From: Nageia nagi
Lineage: Eukaryota > Plantae > Pinophyta
NCBI GenBank assembly: GCA_050084985.1
Contig: JBITNC010000001.1
Coordinates: 53,072,001 to 53,136,000 of the forward strand
DNA length: 64,000 nt
Reading direction: 5' to 3'
This document shows positions 61,164-64,000 of this stretch, in pieces. Within the stretch, counting starts at the first letter, position 1; each line of letters begins with the position of its first letter. Below the pieces are notes generated by a model. That model was not told the DNA's origin. It did not search any database and saw nothing but the letters and a program-made list of their open reading frames with translations. Both the position numbers and the translations under genes were made by a program.

Positions 61164-64000
61164 TGTTGGGAAGGAAACCTTTCCTCTTACTTGGTGATCG
61201 CCCAGATGATCAAGACGGGAAAGTGACCCAACATGTAGGTGAGAATGCATTATTGAACTCCTCTTGTAAGGAATGATACCCCAAGGTTTCTATCGGAAAG
61301 CTTGTGTTGTTAATACAAGCTTGAAATTGTGTAGGTCTTGTTTCGGAATCAGCTAAGTGGGGTAGTAGGGTAATAACTGTTAACTCACATTTTATGTAGG
61401 GACTGAGGTGTTTTATCTTGTAATAGTTAGAAAGTTGCTATAGTTTTTGAAGAAAGTGTAAAATAAAGAAAAGAAAAGTGAACGAGAATGTTTCGATACT
61501 GGTGAGATGACAAAGAAAAGGCTACAGTGAAGCAGTGTCTAAGGTTTCTTACTTCAAGATCATTTAAGAAATCTCATTCGAAGTCCTCCATCCTAAAAAT
61601 AAAATAACCTAAGTTCAATCTATTCTTAAGAGGAGTGGGGAGGAGAGTTGACTGTTGGTACTCTGCAAGCAGGACCGATGCAATCAAAAGAAAGACACAA
61701 TGCAACAAGTGCGCACAAACTTCGTTTCAAATGAAGAAATCTAATTTGATGTCATAGAAAGGAGAAAAGCTTAGAATACGTTCACTTACTATGCAAATTA
61801 TGGATAGGCAACGATTTGGGAATGATTCAAAAACTTTTTTAAAATTTTCAAAAAAAAGTTTTCCTAAAATTCGAAATATTTTCTAGGAAAAGCGTGAAAA
61901 ATTTTGAATCATCAAAAAAAAGCCTCAAAATGGTAAAATCCACAATCTCACAAATGACAAATCTCTTTGTTTCAAGTATTTCACCACTTTGTATTAAATT
62001 TGTGCAAAAATTACATGGATACATGAATTTGCCAATTTTCCACAAATTTTCACTAAAAACATTCTGCCTCAAAAGTGACCCCCTATGGTCTATTTATAGA
62101 CGTTTTAGGTCAAATTTGAGGTTGTTGCTCTAATTCTTGAAAAAAGCTTCAAAATTGCTAATTTGAATGCTAAATTGAGATTACAATATTGTTGTAGTGA
62201 GAGAACAGTCTCATCCCACTAAAATATGCTAAAAATAAAATATTTACAAAAATTGATGTCCTTTGGCACGCATTTCGAGGTGTTTTGCATCAATTTGGCA
62301 AAAATTGGAGTTTCAAATCCTTGTTCTAGATCCTTCTGACATCTTTTGAGCTCCTTCTTTCTTTGAATTTGGATTTGCCTCTGATTGATCATTGTGACAA
62401 ATTTTCAAGGAATTCTAAGAGGTTTTTTCGAAAAGATGGAGGGGTCTGAAATTTGGAAAAATTTTAAAAAGTGGATTTGAGCTCAAGGATGGATGGAGGA
62501 TGGGATTATAAAAGTACTTGGCAAGTTTTGAGAGGTTTTGGGATTTTTAGGAGGTTTTGAGAAATATTTGAAGTTTTTGGCAAAATTTTCAATTTTCATG
62601 TCTATGGATTTTTTTGATAGAAAAAAGTGAAAATTTCCACAGGAATGAAAATGCCTTCTAGATTTTTGAGCACTCAAACTTGCTCAAATTGAAAAATTTC
62701 AAAGTTTAAGGATGCTTAGAATGTCATTTTCCATGCAATGAAGGCAAAATTTTCGAATTTTGACCAAAATTTATCAATCCTCCTCAAGGTAGGTGCATAG
62801 TTTTCACCTCATTGGAATTCCATACACTTGAAAAGTTGCACCTAGCCTTTTGGTGCCTTAAATGTGCTCAAATTTGAAAATTTGAAGTATTAAATGCACT
62901 CAAAATGGCTTTTTCCTTGTAATGAAATGCTCAAACATGAATTTTGATCAAAATTCGTCAATTCTCCGCAACTTAGGTGCTAGTTTTCAGTCCTATGGAT
63001 CTTCAATGGCATGAAAACCTGCACCTAGATATCTGAGCCCCCAAACTTGCTCAAAAATGAAAATTTGTAAGTTTAAATGTGCTTGGAATGGGGTCTTTTA
63101 TTAATTTATGTCTTCAAATTTGGTTTTTGATAAAAATCCATCTTCCTCCTTGACTTGGAGCCAAAAAAACACTCCATTGGGAATTTCATTGGCATGAAAG
63201 CATGCGCCTATGCTTTTGGGTGATTTCCCTTGCTCAAAAGTGAAATTTTGTAGACCTATACCCTCTTGAATGTCCTTGCTCACAAACCTTCAAACTTGAG
63301 TTTTGGACAAAATTTATCTTTTTTCCTCATGCTAGGCACCAAAACTCATCTCATTGGATTCCCATAGCCTTGCAAACCTGCACCTAGGAATTTGGGTCAC
63401 TTTCCTTGCTCAAAAGTGAAAAATTGCAAGTTTAAATGTGCTAGAAATGATGTTTTTCACCTAATGGACACCTTAGGATCAATTTTTAATTAGTTTTGCA
63501 CTTATCCCTCCAAGTTAGGCGCCATTTTTCAACTCTATGGATTTTGAAAAATATGGAAAACTGTGCCTAGAATTTTGGTGCCCAAAACTTGCCCAAATTT
63601 GTGATTTCCAAGACCTAAATGTGCTCACAATGCCATTTTGCACCCAATGGACCCTTCAAACTTGTATTTTGACCAAAATTTATCAAATGTTTTTACTCTA
63701 TGCGCCATTTTTCACTCCATTGGAATTCCATAGCCTTGAAAACCTATGCCTAGCCCTTAGGATGCTCAAAAGTGCTCAAAATAAAAATTTTGAGTATTAA
63801 ATGTGCTTAGAATGGTGTTTTCCTTGTTCCCAAGCATCTAAACTTGTCTTTTGAGCAAAAAATGCTTCATCTTATCAATCTAGACGCAAAAAATCAGCCA
63901 TTGGATTTGGAATCATTTGGAAACTTGCGCCTACGAATTTGGGGGTCTATACTTGCTCAAATTTGCAAAATTGAAGACCTAAAGTGCCTTAGAATCACCT
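61164..64000 (-). mobile_element. Long LTR-like sequence running off the window
   Basis: Starts abruptly with TGTTGGG. Minus-strand TATA (CTATTTATAG at about 62090) with a tandem array on its upstream side. Confidence 0.55.
62620..64000. repeat. ~183-bp diverged tandem repeat, about 7.5 units
   Basis: Anchor GCACCTAG or variants at 62654, 62838, 63021, 63204, 63380, 63563, 63746 and 63927. Confidence 0.85.

Overview
AT-rich plant nuclear DNA, probably a gymnosperm. This is an inference from TTTAGGG-type repeats, introns of 10-17 kb and the retroelement types. About two thirds of the window (from about 21.0 kb to the end) is the 5' part of one + strand host gene that the ORF track does not resolve. 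It has a probable 5'UTR exon and four tiny coding exons (21313-21493, 31234-31292, 48564-48651, 59451-59560). These splice in frame to a signal-peptide protein resembling plant TMEM8/PGAP6-like (DUF3522, At2g46060-type) proteins, and the gene continues past the window. Its introns are filled with nested transposons. They include an intact, very young Reina-type chromovirus (51336-57444; 684-bp LTRs with about 4 differences; TTCAT TSD), degraded Reina and CRM-like Gypsy elements, Copia and LINE remnants, solo LTRs (one inserted exactly into another element's PBS), hAT-type MITEs and a ~183-bp tandem array inside an LTR. The first 20 kb is intergenic. It holds a full-length degraded Copia (2648-11049, ATAAG TSD) that splits an antisense retroelement accessory ORF, an interstitial telomere-like array facing a telomere-motif 20-21-bp minisatellite, tRNA-derived SINEs, a foldback hairpin and a gag-only Gypsy derivative. 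All identifications were made by eye, with no database search. I found no clearly new biological system; the best leads are listed as findings.
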